DNA of 64,000 nt, from the NCBI GenBank assembly GCA_965248925.1, contig CBDFLE010000006.1, forward strand, positions 896,001-960,000, written 5' to 3'. The notes beneath the pieces were generated by a model that saw only the letters and a program-made list of their open reading frames with translations, did no database searches and had not been told where the DNA came from. Shown here in pieces: positions 1 through 9,509 of this stretch. The translations under genes and the position numbers were made by a program. Numbering within the stretch: the first letter of the stretch is position 1; each line of letters begins with the position of its first letter. This DNA is from Candidatus Multivoradales bacterium (GTDB lineage Bacteria > Acidobacteriota > Thermoanaerobaculia > Multivoradales > J023).

Positions 1-1160
1 GTTCGTCTTGGGAATCTCTCGCTGCCGTGGTAGGCGCGTACATGTCCATCGACGTAGAGGAAGCCCATGGCATGGCCTCTGGTGGCGACCCGGTGCTGAG
101 CGAGAGCGCGACCGAAATCGGCGGCCCGGCCCTGCGCCGCCAGCCGAGCGAGCTTGTTGCGCAAGGTTTTCACCTCTGGCGCTCGATCGAGCCCGAGAAC
201 TTGACCGAGGTGCCGGGGCGAGTGCTCCTTGAGCCCTTCGGCGCGCTTGATCCGCAGCAGTGCCATCAGCAGCAGGGTTACCAGGGTGGTGCGTAGCCCA
301 TAGAAAGCCGGCCCGATGCTGCCGTACATCTGGCGTGCGATGGACAGCACACCGCTGTCGACCAGGGCGGGAATCGCCAGCAGAGCACCGAGCCCCGGGA
401 GCTGCGTTGCCGTTCCGAAACTCGGCGCCGCGTCATCGAGGAATCCCAGCCTTGCCAGGAGCCGGTCGCCAGCGCGATCCGCCGGGTCGAGGTTCTGTGA
501 GTAGGGAGCCCCATCTTGGTCGAGCGACAAAGCGGACAGCCTTGGGTCCGCAGCCGCTGGGTCACTGCCATCCCCCGGATCGAGCGCGGAACTCGCACCT
601 ATCAGGGTGGCATCGACCTGCTGCTCGTCAGAAGCGGACAGTTTTGGGTCCGCACTCGCAAAAGGCATGGTCATCTGCACTACCGGTCGTTCTTCCCAGC
701 CCAGGCGCTTGGCGAGCTTGCGAACGGCCTTCTCATCGATGCCCAATCGCCGGCCAATCTCGCGATTCGATACACCCTCGGCCTTCCAGGCGTTAACGGT
801 GTCCAGGCGGCCTTGCGGTACCCGAGACTGACCTCGGGGAAAACCGCGCGGCCGGCCCAGGGCGGCCAGCCCACCCTCCTCGTAGCGACGCTGGTTCCGA
901 CGCACAGTCCGCACATCACATCCGAACGCAGGGGCGAAATCACGCTGCTTTGCCCAGCCCTGATCCACGAGGTTCACCATCGCCAAGGCTTCGCCTGCCC
1001 GGTCGCCCGCAGCGAAGTGAGCCAGCGGCATGCTGTTGACGACCACCACTCGATAGCCGCCCCTCTGCTGAAGGCGGCAGCGGTTGTTGATCACCACGAC
1101 CCCATAGGGTAAGCCGACGTGGTCAGGAAACAGGACGGGATTGGCGGCCGTCGGTGCCAT
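1..1160 (-). CDS. Putative DDE transposase with two N-terminal HTH domains, 3' end outside the window (not in ORF track)
   Basis: Manual translation from ATG 1160 is open to the window edge: MAPTAANPVLFP...QRDFAPAFGCDVRTVRRNQRRYEEGGLAAL (HTH)...GVSNREIGRRLGIDEKAVRKL (HTH)...YGSIGPAFYGLRTT...LGLDRAPEVKTLRNKL...GFLYVDGHVRAYHG. These motifs match a widespread putative transposase family as I recall it. A frameshift near nt 24 is possible, since the alternative frame gives EIPKT. Confidence 0.8.
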   Translation of the reverse strand, partial: MAPTAANPVLFPDHVGLPYGVVVINNRCRLQQRGGYRVVVVNSMPLAHFAAGDRAGEALAMVNLVDQGWAKQRDFAPAFGCDVRTVRRNQRRYEEGGLAALGRPRGFPRGQSRVPQGRLDTVNAWKAEGVSNREIGRRLGIDEKAVRKLAKRLGWEERPVVQMTMPFASADPKLSASDEQQVDATLIGASSALDPGDGSDPAAADPRLSALSLDQDGAPYSQNLDPADRAGDRLLARLGFLDDAAPSFGTATQLPGLGALLAIPALVDSGVLSIARQMYGSIGPAFYGLRTTLVTLLLMALLRIKRAEGLKEHSPRHLGQVLGLDRAPEVKTLRNKLARLAAQGRAADFGRALAQHRVATRGHAMGFLYVDGHVRAYHGSERFPRR

Positions 1161-1208
1161 ACCCGATCATGTCTCGGCACCGAAAAAAGCGGACAGTTTT
1201 GGGTCCGC
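532..1208. repeat. Three copies of palindrome GCGGAC-N8-GTCCGC (532-551, 634-653, 1189-1208)
   Basis: Seen directly. Copies 2 and 3 share the identical 26-mer AAGCGGACAGTTTTGGGTCCGCACTC. Confidence 0.9.
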
Positions 1209-1399
1209 ACTCTCTCTGAGGGACGGTCCTGTGTTTTCAGAGAGTTAGGAGGGGTAGGTCAGGAGGTCTGGAATCGGGCTGATCTGGCTCTGACATTGGG
1301 CTGCCCCCCATCCAATGGGTGGAAAAGGTTGTGGCGCGGATCGCGGGCCGCCATTATGCTACGATCCGCGCCTCTCGCAACCCGCTTTCCCACTACCTC

Positions 1400-2071
1400 A
1401 TGCGTCTAGTGATCGTTATCCCGACGCTCAACGAACGGCCCCGTTTAGAGCGCTATCTCAATGCAGCTCTGGCCGAGGCGGACGAAGTGTGGATCTCCGA
1501 TGGCGGCAGTGACGACGGCACCATCGAGCTGGCCCGGCTGCTCGGCGCGCGAGTGGTCAGTGGCAAGGCCGGTCGCGGCCCGCAGCTCAATCGTGGTGCG
1601 CGGGCGAGTTCCGCCGAGGCCCTACTCTTTCTGCACGCCGACACCCGCTTGCCTGAAGGTGGTGGTCGGCGGGTCCGGGCGGCACTCGCCGCAGGAGCGA
1701 TCGGCGGCGGCTTCCAAGTCACCTTCGACGACGACCGGCCCCTGCTCCGCCTCGGTGCCCGGCTGATCAACCTGCGCACCCGCCTCACTCGTTGCCCACT
1801 GGGCGATCAGGCACAGTTTGTGACCCGCACCGCCTTCGACACCCTCGACGGCTTTCGCGACTGGCCGATCCTGGAAGACCTCGACTTCTCGCGCCGACTC
1901 AAACGGCACGGTCGCACCGTGCTGCTCGACCCGCCGGTGATCACCGGCGCCCGGCGCTTCCTGCATCAGGGCATCTTCCGCACCATCGCCACCAACTGGT
2001 TGATCTGGCTGCTTTACTTTCTCGGCGTCTCACCGCGCCGGCTGGCCTGGCTCTACCGCCGGGTCGGCTGA
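1400..2071 (+). CDS. Family 2 glycosyltransferase (TIGR04283-like)
   Basis: VIPTLNE, SDGGSDDGT, GRGPQLNRGA, LLFLHADT, GDQAQF and PILED motifs. Start moved to ATG 1400. Confidence 0.85.
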   Translation: MRLVIVIPTLNERPRLERYLNAALAEADEVWISDGGSDDGTIELARLLGARVVSGKAGRGPQLNRGARASSAEALLFLHADTRLPEGGGRRVRAALAAGAIGGGFQVTFDDDRPLLRLGARLINLRTRLTRCPLGDQAQFVTRTAFDTLDGFRDWPILEDLDFSRRLKRHGRTVLLDPPVITGARRFLHQGIFRTIATNWLIWLLYFLGVSPRRLAWLYRRVG

Positions 2072-2089
2072 TAGCGCTCACGAGAGACA

Positions 2090-2136
2090 ACAAAAAAGCC
2101 CCGCCCGAGAGAGGAGTTCCCTCACAGGCGGAGCTT
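2090..2136 (-). terminator. Rho-independent terminator of the HU gene
   Basis: Minus strand AAGCTCCGCC...GGCGGGGCTT stem followed by a T run, between convergent genes. Confidence 0.75.
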
Positions 2137-2171
2137 CTCGGAGCAGGCGGCCAAGCCTCGCTCGGTGGCGA

Positions 2172-2450
2172 TCAGCTGTTGACCGCGTCCTTCAGAGCCT
2201 TACCAGGCTTGAAGCGAGCAACGGTTCGGGCCGCGATCTCGAGGGTCTCACCGGTAGCTGGGTTACGACCGGTGCGGGCAGCACGCTCGCTGGTCAAGAA
2301 AGTACCGAATCCGGGAATCTGCACCCTCTCGCCGTTGGCCATATGGTTCGAGATGCCTTCGATGACCGCGTCGACCGCTTCGCCAGCGGCACTCTTGCTG
2401 AGGCCAAGTTTGTCAGCCAGATGGTTCGCCAGATCGTTTTTGCCTGCCAT
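2172..2450 (-). CDS. hup: HU family DNA-binding protein
   Basis: 92 aa with GFGTF and RAARTGRNPATGE...FKPGKALKD motifs; GAGGAG RBS. Confidence 0.95.
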   Translation of the reverse strand: MAGKNDLANHLADKLGLSKSAAGEAVDAVIEGISNHMANGERVQIPGFGTFLTSERAARTGRNPATGETLEIAARTVARFKPGKALKDAVNS

Positions 2451-2768
2451 TGCTCCTCCTTACGCTTCTCCAGCTTATCCAGTGGAAAACCGCTGTCGCC
2501 AGCCGAGGGGCCGCCTGATTGCGGCGCGAGACGATCCGGCGACAAGTTTTGTTAACTATCTTAACGTGGCTTGGCCAGACGAACTACGGCGCCTAGGCCA
2601 GACCGGGACCGTCGAAAATCGAGCTTTGTCATGGGTGTCTTGGCTTGATTTCGGCCCTGAAGTCGACTTCCTGTCGGAAGAACTCCTCCAGGGGTGGAAA
2701 ATACCGGTATTTCTCTGAGGCTGTCAATGGCAAAACGCCGTATTTGCTGGCCCCAAGCGCCGTTTTGC

Positions 2769-4175
2769 CTAGGATTCGGCCCGTCGCAGCACATGCACGG
2801 TGAAGCCATCATGCTGCTCTTCCGGAAACACCCGCCAGCGGCCAGGGCCGTCGAGCCAGCGGTCGAGCGGATATTCCAGCGTGGCGGCCAGAGGCTCTAG
2901 GGAAAAGTCCTGGTGCCGGGCCAGGAAGCGCTCCACCACTTGCTCGTTTTCCTCTCGCTCCAAGGAACAGGTGATCACCACCAACAGTCCACCGGCTCTG
3001 ACCCGTGGCGCGGCGCCCACTAGCACGCGTCCCGCTTGGCGGGCCAGGCGATCGATCTCCGCCTCGCTCAAGCGCCACTTCAACTCCGGATTTTTGCGCA
3101 GAGTGCCGGTCCCCGAGCAAGGCAGGTCGAGCACCACCCGATCGAAAGTACCGCCAAACGCCCCTTTGCCAGCGTCGCTAACCACCAAGCGGAGTGAGCG
3201 CCGCAAACGGCGCAGGTTGCGACGCAGAATATCGATGCGCTGCACCGAGACATCGCTAGCGACCAGCTCGACCGCAGGCTCGCTGGCGATCAGCGCGAAG
3301 CTCTTACCCCCCGGCGCGGCGGCCAGGTCGAGAATCCGCTCACCGGGTCGGGGAGGAGGAATCAACGCGGCCGCTTGCGAAGCCTCGTCCTGGATGTAGA
3401 ACATCCCGGCGGCGAACTCGTCGATCGTCAAGGGGTTGCCACCGCGCACGATCAAACCCATCTGCGACATCGCCGACGGCTCGACCTGCATGCCGTAGTC
3501 GATCAGGGTCTCGGCCAGCAGCTCGCGGCCACCGCGATCGGCGAAGGTCAGCAGATGCATCGCCTTCGGCTGGTTGTTGGCGATCAGCAGGCGTTCGGTG
3601 CGTTCCCGGCCAAATCGATCGCACCAGCGGCGCACCAGAAAATCAGGATGGCTGTGCTCGATCCCCAAGCGGGGCACCGGATCCTTCTCCTCCACTGGCC
3701 AATCGCTGAGCTGGCGCTGGCGGGCGATACGGCGCAGCACGGCGTTGGCGAAGCTGGCTCCTCCGCGGTGAGTCTGCCGACCAGCCTGCTCAACCGCTTC
3801 GTGCACCGCGGCGTGGGCCGGAATCCGGTCGAGGAACAGCAGCTGATAGGCGCCAATCCTCAGCGGTGCCCACAGCGCCGGCTCGATCTGCTCGAAGGAA
3901 CGGTTGCTGGCCAGCGAAATGACATGATCGAGGCGCCGCTTCCAACGTATGCTGCCAAGGGTCAGCTGGCGCAACAAACCGTGGTCGCAGGGATCGCAAC
4001 GCCCCAAAGCACTGTCGAGAAAGACCGCCGCTGGCGACAGCGTCGCCTCGGTGCGCTCCAACACCCAAGCGGCGTTGGCGCGCACGTTGTCCTGCGGCGT
4101 CCGCCCACTAGGCGCACGGCGGCCGCGAAAGCGCTTGTGGGGTCGTCCGTGAGTGGCGAGGCGGTTTTTCGACAT
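2769..4175 (-). CDS. rsmB: 16S rRNA m5C967 methyltransferase RsmB/Sun (NusB domain plus MTase)
   Basis: QDEASQ, LDLAAAPGGKS, LDLPCSGTGTLRKNPE and TCS motifs; adjacent to fmt. Confidence 0.9.
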   Translation of the reverse strand: MSKNRLATHGRPHKRFRGRRAPSGRTPQDNVRANAAWVLERTEATLSPAAVFLDSALGRCDPCDHGLLRQLTLGSIRWKRRLDHVISLASNRSFEQIEPALWAPLRIGAYQLLFLDRIPAHAAVHEAVEQAGRQTHRGGASFANAVLRRIARQRQLSDWPVEEKDPVPRLGIEHSHPDFLVRRWCDRFGRERTERLLIANNQPKAMHLLTFADRGGRELLAETLIDYGMQVEPSAMSQMGLIVRGGNPLTIDEFAAGMFYIQDEASQAAALIPPPRPGERILDLAAAPGGKSFALIASEPAVELVASDVSVQRIDILRRNLRRLRRSLRLVVSDAGKGAFGGTFDRVVLDLPCSGTGTLRKNPELKWRLSEAEIDRLARQAGRVLVGAAPRVRAGGLLVVITCSLEREENEQVVERFLARHQDFSLEPLAATLEYPLDRWLDGPGRWRVFPEEQHDGFTVHVLRRAES

Positions 4176-4238
4176 GGCGTCCGGGCGGACGGGAGGTGAT
4201 CGAGTCATCGACAGCGAGGTCGAGCGATTGCCCCTACC

Positions 4239-5219
4239 TTATCCCACTCCGCTGGCCGGCTCCGGCGCCGGCTCAAGGTCAAATCGCTGCCCCACCACCA
4301 GTCGTTCACCGCGCCAGAAGTCGGCCGCGGCAACCGCCTGCCGGCCTGGTCGCAGCACCTTCTCGAGGGCGAAGATCGTGCCCTCACCGGCGCTCACCAA
4401 CAGCCGCCCCTCGACCAAGGCCAAACAGGTGCCCGGCGGCTCCACCACCGGCTCCAGCGCCGACTCGGGCCGGCCCCACAGCAACTTCAGTGGCCGCTCG
4501 CCCAGCCGCCCGGTGAGGCCCGGCCAGGGGGTCAGAGCGCGCAATTGACGGTAGATCTCGATCGCCGGCCGCCGCCAATCGACCCGACCGTCGCTCTTTT
4601 GCAATCGCGGCGCGTAGCTAGCAAGGGAATCGTCTTGTGGCTGGGCCTGCAAAGTGCCGGCCTCGAGTTCCACCAGGGTGCGCACCAACAGCTCGCCACC
4701 CAGCCGGGCGAGGCGCTCACTCAGCTCGCCCGCGGTTTCGTCGGCACCGATCTCAAGTTCCGCGCGCAGCAGAGCTGGCCCGGTATCGAGCCCAGCTTCC
4801 ATCCACATAGTGGTGATACCGGTAGTCCGGTCGCCGGCGGCGATCGCCGCTTGGATCGGCGCCGCGCCGCGATAGGCCGGCAGCAGTGAAGCGTGGACGT
4901 TGATCGAGCCCTGCCGCGGCAGCTCCAGCAGGGGCCGGCGAAAGATCTGACCAAACGCCGCCACCACCGACACCGCCGGTCGCAGCGCCGCCAAGCGGGC
5001 TAGAAAGTCCTCGTCGCGAACGCTTTTGGGCTGCGCCAGATCGAAGCCGTGGGCAAGCGCCCAGCGGGCCACCGGGGGCTGCTGCAGGTGGCGCCCTCGC
5101 CCGGCTCGGCGCGCTGGTTGAGCAATCACCAACTGGGGACCGAAACCCGCTTCGGCCATCGCTTCCAAGGTGGGCACAGCAAAATCCGGAGTGCCGAAAA
5201 AAACCGTCCGCAGACCCAT
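4239..5219 (-). CDS. fmt: Methionyl-tRNA formyltransferase
   Basis: FFGTPDFAVPTL, INVHASLLPAYRGAAPIQ, GLDTG and PWPG motifs. Confidence 0.95.
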   Translation of the reverse strand: MGLRTVFFGTPDFAVPTLEAMAEAGFGPQLVIAQPARRAGRGRHLQQPPVARWALAHGFDLAQPKSVRDEDFLARLAALRPAVSVVAAFGQIFRRPLLELPRQGSINVHASLLPAYRGAAPIQAAIAAGDRTTGITTMWMEAGLDTGPALLRAELEIGADETAGELSERLARLGGELLVRTLVELEAGTLQAQPQDDSLASYAPRLQKSDGRVDWRRPAIEIYRQLRALTPWPGLTGRLGERPLKLLWGRPESALEPVVEPPGTCLALVEGRLLVSAGEGTIFALEKVLRPGRQAVAAADFWRGERLVVGQRFDLEPAPEPASGVG

Positions 5220-7615
5220 CAGACCCCCTGCTTGGCGCGATCCATCTCGGCGTAGAAATCGGGCTTGACCAGCACTTCGCGCGGTTTCGAGCCTTGGGCC
5301 GGGCCGAGCAGACCATCGGCCTCCATCATGTCGACCAAGCGCGCCGCGCGAGAGAACCCGACCCGCATGCGCCGTTGCAGGAAGCTCGCCGACGCCATCC
5401 CTTCAGAAACCACCAGCCGGGCGGCTTCGTCGTAGAGTTCGTCGCCGGGCTCACCCACCGCTCCAACCTTGGCCTTCTCCTCTTTGGTGGGCGCGACCAC
5501 CTCCGGGTCATAGTTGGGCTTGCCGCTCTTCTTCAGCCAACGAATCACCGAAGCGGTTTCCTGCTCACTGATGTAGGCTCCGTGCAAACGCTGAATGCGC
5601 GAGGTGCCGGGCGGCATGAACAGCGCATCACCCTTGCCGAGCAGCTTCTCACTGCCGATCTGGTCGAGGATGGTTCGCGAGTCGTGGCGGGTGGTGGTGG
5701 CATAGGCCAAGCGGCAGGGGAAGTTGGCCTTGATGGTGCCGGTCAGCACATCCACCGACGGTCGCTGGGTGGCGATGATCAAGTGAATGCCCACCGCTCG
5801 CGCCATCTGCGCCAGCCGGGCGATGGCGGTCTCGACCTCGGACGAAGCTACCATCATCAAGTCCGCGAGTTCGTCGACCACCACCACGTAATTCGGCAGC
5901 GGCTTGAAATCATCTTCGTTGAATTCGCTCTCGCCCTCTCCCAACGCCAGGCGCTCGCGCTCCTTGGGATCGGTGATGGCGCGGTTGTAGAAACCGATCG
6001 AGCGCACATGCACCTCGCTCAGCAAGCGATAGCGGCGCTCCATCTCCGAGACCGCCCAATTGAGGGCGTTGGCGGCCTTTTTCGGATCCATCACCACCTG
6101 GGTCTTGAGGTGGGGAATATCGGCATAGACCCCGAGTTCGACCCGCTTGGGATCGATGAAGATGAACTGCACTTCATCGGGGGTCGACTTGTAGAGCATC
6201 GAGGTGATCATGCTCTGCAAGCCGACACTCTTGCCCGCTCCGGTGGCGCCGGCCACCAGCAGGTGAGGCATGGTCGCCAAGTCGGTGTAGACCGGCTGAC
6301 CGTAAATATCGACCCCGATCGCCATGGTCAGCGGCGAGGGCGAGGCTTTGAACCCCTCGGCGCCGATCAACCGACCGAGCTGGATCGTCGAGCGTTTCTT
6401 GTTTGGCACCTCGATGCCCAGCGTTGAGCGCCCCGGCATGCGGTCGATGCGCACCGACTCGGCACTCAACGACAACGCCAGATCGTCCTGCAGGCCCACC
6501 ACCCGGCTCACCTTGACCCCCGGCGCCGGCTGGAATTCGAACACCGTGATCACCGGTCCAGGACTGATGCCGTCGATCGTGCCAGCGACGCCAAACTCGT
6601 CGCAAGCCTGCTTGATCAGCTCGCCACGGCGCACTAGCTCAGCCTCATTGTGGGAACTCTGCGCCAAGTCGGTACGCAGCAGACTGACCGGCGGCAACGC
6701 TTGTCCCTGCGGCGCGTCGAGCCCAAAATCGAGCTCTTCCTGAGCTGGCTTGACCTTTGCCGGGGCGGCCTTAACCGCCCGCGAGCGCCCGGCCGCGGCC
6801 TCGGTACCGGCCTTGACCCGGCGCACCGCAAAGTGGCCGGCGCCTTGCTTAGTCCGCACCCGTACTGGCTCAGCCGGCTCCTCAGCCACCGGCTCGCCAG
6901 GCGCTTGGCGAATCTCAGGAGCGCTTCTCGCCGCCACCTTGCGCCGCGCATGGCGCTCCACCACCCGCCTGCGGGTAGCTTCTTTCTGCCGCCGCTCGCG
7001 ACGTTGGGTGAAAGCCAGTCGCAAACGCTGCATCGCCGCGGAGGCGCGCCGCCACAGCCCGCGCAAGACCTCCCCTAGGGTGGCTTGCAGGATCAGATTG
7101 ACCCCCACCGCCAACAGTGCCAGAAGCACCAGTAGGGCGCCGCCGTAGTTCAGCAAAGCGGTCAACATATCGGCGAATACCACCCCCAGGGCACCGCCAG
7201 AGGCCAACGGCTCACCGCGCCAGCGAATCTCACCGAAGACCAGCTGACACAGTGCCGGCAAAGACAAGGCCAGCGCCAAGATGCCAAACCACCGCCCCGC
7301 AACGGCCGGCGCCATGCGCCCGGTAAGTCGCCGCCAAGCCACCGTGCCAAAGACCAGCGGCAATAGGAACGAAACCACACCGAGGAAAGAGAACGACAGA
7401 TCCGCCAGCTGCGCACCGAAGGGGCCAATCAGATTGCGCGTACCGACTTCTTCACCCGAGCTGCGTTGCAGCAAGCTCGGGTCGAGGGGGTGGTAGCTGG
7501 CCAGGCTGCAAAGCAGCAAGACCATCAGCGCGGCCAGCACCAGACCGAAGATCTCGTTGCCTTTCTCCGGAGAGAGTCCCAGACGCAGGGTCCGTTTCGA
7601 TACCGCGGTTGCCAT
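5219..7615 (-). CDS. ftsK: DNA translocase FtsK/SpoIIIE
   Basis: N-terminal TM region, MPHLLVAGATGAGKS Walker A, DELADLMM, ATQRPSVD and C-terminal gamma domain. Start at ATG 7615 is inferred. Confidence 0.95.
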   Translation of the reverse strand: MATAVSKRTLRLGLSPEKGNEIFGLVLAALMVLLLCSLASYHPLDPSLLQRSSGEEVGTRNLIGPFGAQLADLSFSFLGVVSFLLPLVFGTVAWRRLTGRMAPAVAGRWFGILALALSLPALCQLVFGEIRWRGEPLASGGALGVVFADMLTALLNYGGALLVLLALLAVGVNLILQATLGEVLRGLWRRASAAMQRLRLAFTQRRERRQKEATRRRVVERHARRKVAARSAPEIRQAPGEPVAEEPAEPVRVRTKQGAGHFAVRRVKAGTEAAAGRSRAVKAAPAKVKPAQEELDFGLDAPQGQALPPVSLLRTDLAQSSHNEAELVRRGELIKQACDEFGVAGTIDGISPGPVITVFEFQPAPGVKVSRVVGLQDDLALSLSAESVRIDRMPGRSTLGIEVPNKKRSTIQLGRLIGAEGFKASPSPLTMAIGVDIYGQPVYTDLATMPHLLVAGATGAGKSVGLQSMITSMLYKSTPDEVQFIFIDPKRVELGVYADIPHLKTQVVMDPKKAANALNWAVSEMERRYRLLSEVHVRSIGFYNRAITDPKERERLALGEGESEFNEDDFKPLPNYVVVVDELADLMMVASSEVETAIARLAQMARAVGIHLIIATQRPSVDVLTGTIKANFPCRLAYATTTRHDSRTILDQIGSEKLLGKGDALFMPPGTSRIQRLHGAYISEQETASVIRWLKKSGKPNYDPEVVAPTKEEKAKVGAVGEPGDELYDEAARLVVSEGMASASFLQRRMRVGFSRAARLVDMMEADGLLGPAQGSKPREVLVKPDFYAEMDRAKQGV

Positions 7616-7949
7616 ACTGTGAGAATCCTTGTTCGCCGTGCCAATCGCCCACTCCCCGGCCGACGGCACATCGCCGACCGGGGTATCCCAGCGCAAGCCC
7701 CAGGTCGACTTCAACCAACACTTGAAGGAATTAGGGCTAAGTGGCGTTGAATTCTAGCATTGAAGCCCCCGAGCACCAACCGCGAGCGATGGCAGCTACC
7801 CGAGGTCAGCCACCGCCACCACCGACGCCGGCTGGTGATGGGCACGACGCAGGTCGCAGACCCACGCCAGATCGAGTTCGCCAGCCACCACTAAATATCG
7901 GGCAGACTCGGTACCATGACACCAAGCCATACTTGGGCTGGTAGACTTA

Positions 7950-7984
7950 GTAGTCAGGAAATACAGTTCGTAGTCAGGAAATAC
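7950..7984 (+). promoter_or_regulatory. Tandem 15-bp direct repeat GTAGTCAGGAAATAC (period 20), putative regulator site
   Basis: Exact copies at 7950-7964 and 7970-7984, just upstream of the RBS of the S8 protease. Confidence 0.5.
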
Positions 7985-8003
7985 TCTGAAGAGGACAATA
8001 TCG

Positions 8004-9509
8004 ATGAAGAATCCTGTAGCTCGGTCATTTGGTTTCGTTCTGCTCGCCGGGTTTCTCGGCTCCGCTGGACAAATTTTCGGGCAAGAGGCGCCTGAGATCC
8101 CCACAAAACCACCGCGGATCGTCGGACTTCCGATGAGTGCTGTCCAGCACCTCCCGGGAGTCGCTCCGCTCTTCGACTTACGCAACGCCTCCGAATCGCC
8201 GAGAATCATCAACGACGAGCCCTATCTTCCGGGCGAGATCGTCGCCCGCTTCCGGCTTGAGCTGAGTGACGCCGATGTACTTCAGCTCGCACTTCAGGCG
8301 GGAGCGTCCAAAGCCGTCCGCAAGAGCCCTCTCGGGCTCTTCGTCCTCCATGGACCCCAGAATGAGCGGGCGATGGAGCAAACCCTGCAGCATCTCTGGG
8401 AATCGGGCAAGACAGTCATGATGTCGCCCAACTACACCCGCGGCGGGCTGACTTTCGTGCCGAACGATCCCCATTCCACCAGCGGAGCGCAGTGGTATCT
8501 CGATGCGCCGTCGGACATCGATTTGGATCTGCCGGATGCCTGGGACATCACGCGAGGGTCTGCAAGCGTCGTGGTGGCGGTGATGGACACCGGGATCCTC
8601 TCGGCCCACCCCGAATTCGTCGGCCGCTTGTGGGTGAACCCTGGAGAGATCCCTGGGAACAGTGTTGACGACGATGGGAATGGCTATATCGACGACATCA
8701 ACGGCTGGAATAACACTGCGAACAACCCGGACATAGAAGATGACGATGGAGGCCCACTTGGCAATGGAGTAGGCCACGGCACCTGGGTCAGCTCGATCCT
8801 GCTGGCGAATTCCAACAATGCGCACCAAGTCGCGGGGTTCGATCATTTTGCCAGACAGCTGACGGTAAGGGCCTTCAATCAAGCTACCGGTTTCGACCTG
8901 GGCCACGTTTTGGGCGGCTTGGACTATCTCCTCATGACGAGCCAATACTACGACGTTGTCAACATGAGCTGGGAAGCTTCGCTCGTCAATACACCGATCG
9001 GAACGAGCCTCGATGCTCTCGAACAAGCGGGCGCCCTGGTAGTCGCGGGATCAGGCAACGATTTTGGATCCGCAAAAAAGGTTTATCCGGCGGCCCACTC
9101 AGCCACGATCACGGTCGGGGCAACGGACGACACGGACACCCTCGCGCCGTTTTCCAACACGGGTGACGAGGTGGATTTTGTCGCTCCCGGAGTCGACATC
9201 TACACCGCTTCATTCGGTGATCCCTTCAGCGCCAACGCGTCACAGGTAGGCCCAGGTACTTCGTTCTCAACCCCGATGGTCACCGGCATCGCCTCCCTCG
9301 GTTTCGCGATTCGGTCGACGATGACCAAGGAAGAGCTAGTCTTCGCCCTCAAGGCCTCAGCCGTTGATTTGGGTGCGCCGGGGAAGGATCCCGAGCACGG
9401 CTGGGGACGGGTCAATGCTCATCAGGCCTTACAAGTCCACGCAGGGCTGATCTTCTTCGGCGATTTCGAAACAGGAGACCTCAGTCGATGGACCTCCTCT
9501 ACGCCTTAG
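8004..9509 (+). CDS. Secreted S8 (subtilisin-like) serine protease
   Basis: Signal peptide, VAVMDTG, GHGT and GTSFSTP catalytic triad; C-terminal IFFGDFETGDLSRW tail. Confidence 0.92.
   Translation: MKNPVARSFGFVLLAGFLGSAGQIFGQEAPEIPTKPPRIVGLPMSAVQHLPGVAPLFDLRNASESPRIINDEPYLPGEIVARFRLELSDADVLQLALQAGASKAVRKSPLGLFVLHGPQNERAMEQTLQHLWESGKTVMMSPNYTRGGLTFVPNDPHSTSGAQWYLDAPSDIDLDLPDAWDITRGSASVVVAVMDTGILSAHPEFVGRLWVNPGEIPGNSVDDDGNGYIDDINGWNNTANNPDIEDDDGGPLGNGVGHGTWVSSILLANSNNAHQVAGFDHFARQLTVRAFNQATGFDLGHVLGGLDYLLMTSQYYDVVNMSWEASLVNTPIGTSLDALEQAGALVVAGSGNDFGSAKKVYPAAHSATITVGATDDTDTLAPFSNTGDEVDFVAPGVDIYTASFGDPFSANASQVGPGTSFSTPMVTGIASLGFAIRSTMTKEELVFALKASAVDLGAPGKDPEHGWGRVNAHQALQVHAGLIFFGDFETGDLSRWTSSTP

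Larger units (their letters stand above)
1..1270 (-). mobile_element. Left portion of an insertion sequence; probable terminal repeat GTCAGGAGGTCTG at 1258-1270
   Basis: Contains the transposase ORF and an IHF-like TTTCAGAGAGTTA near 1235-1247. The candidate end motif resembles ends I recall for this family; the other end is outside the window. Confidence 0.6.
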
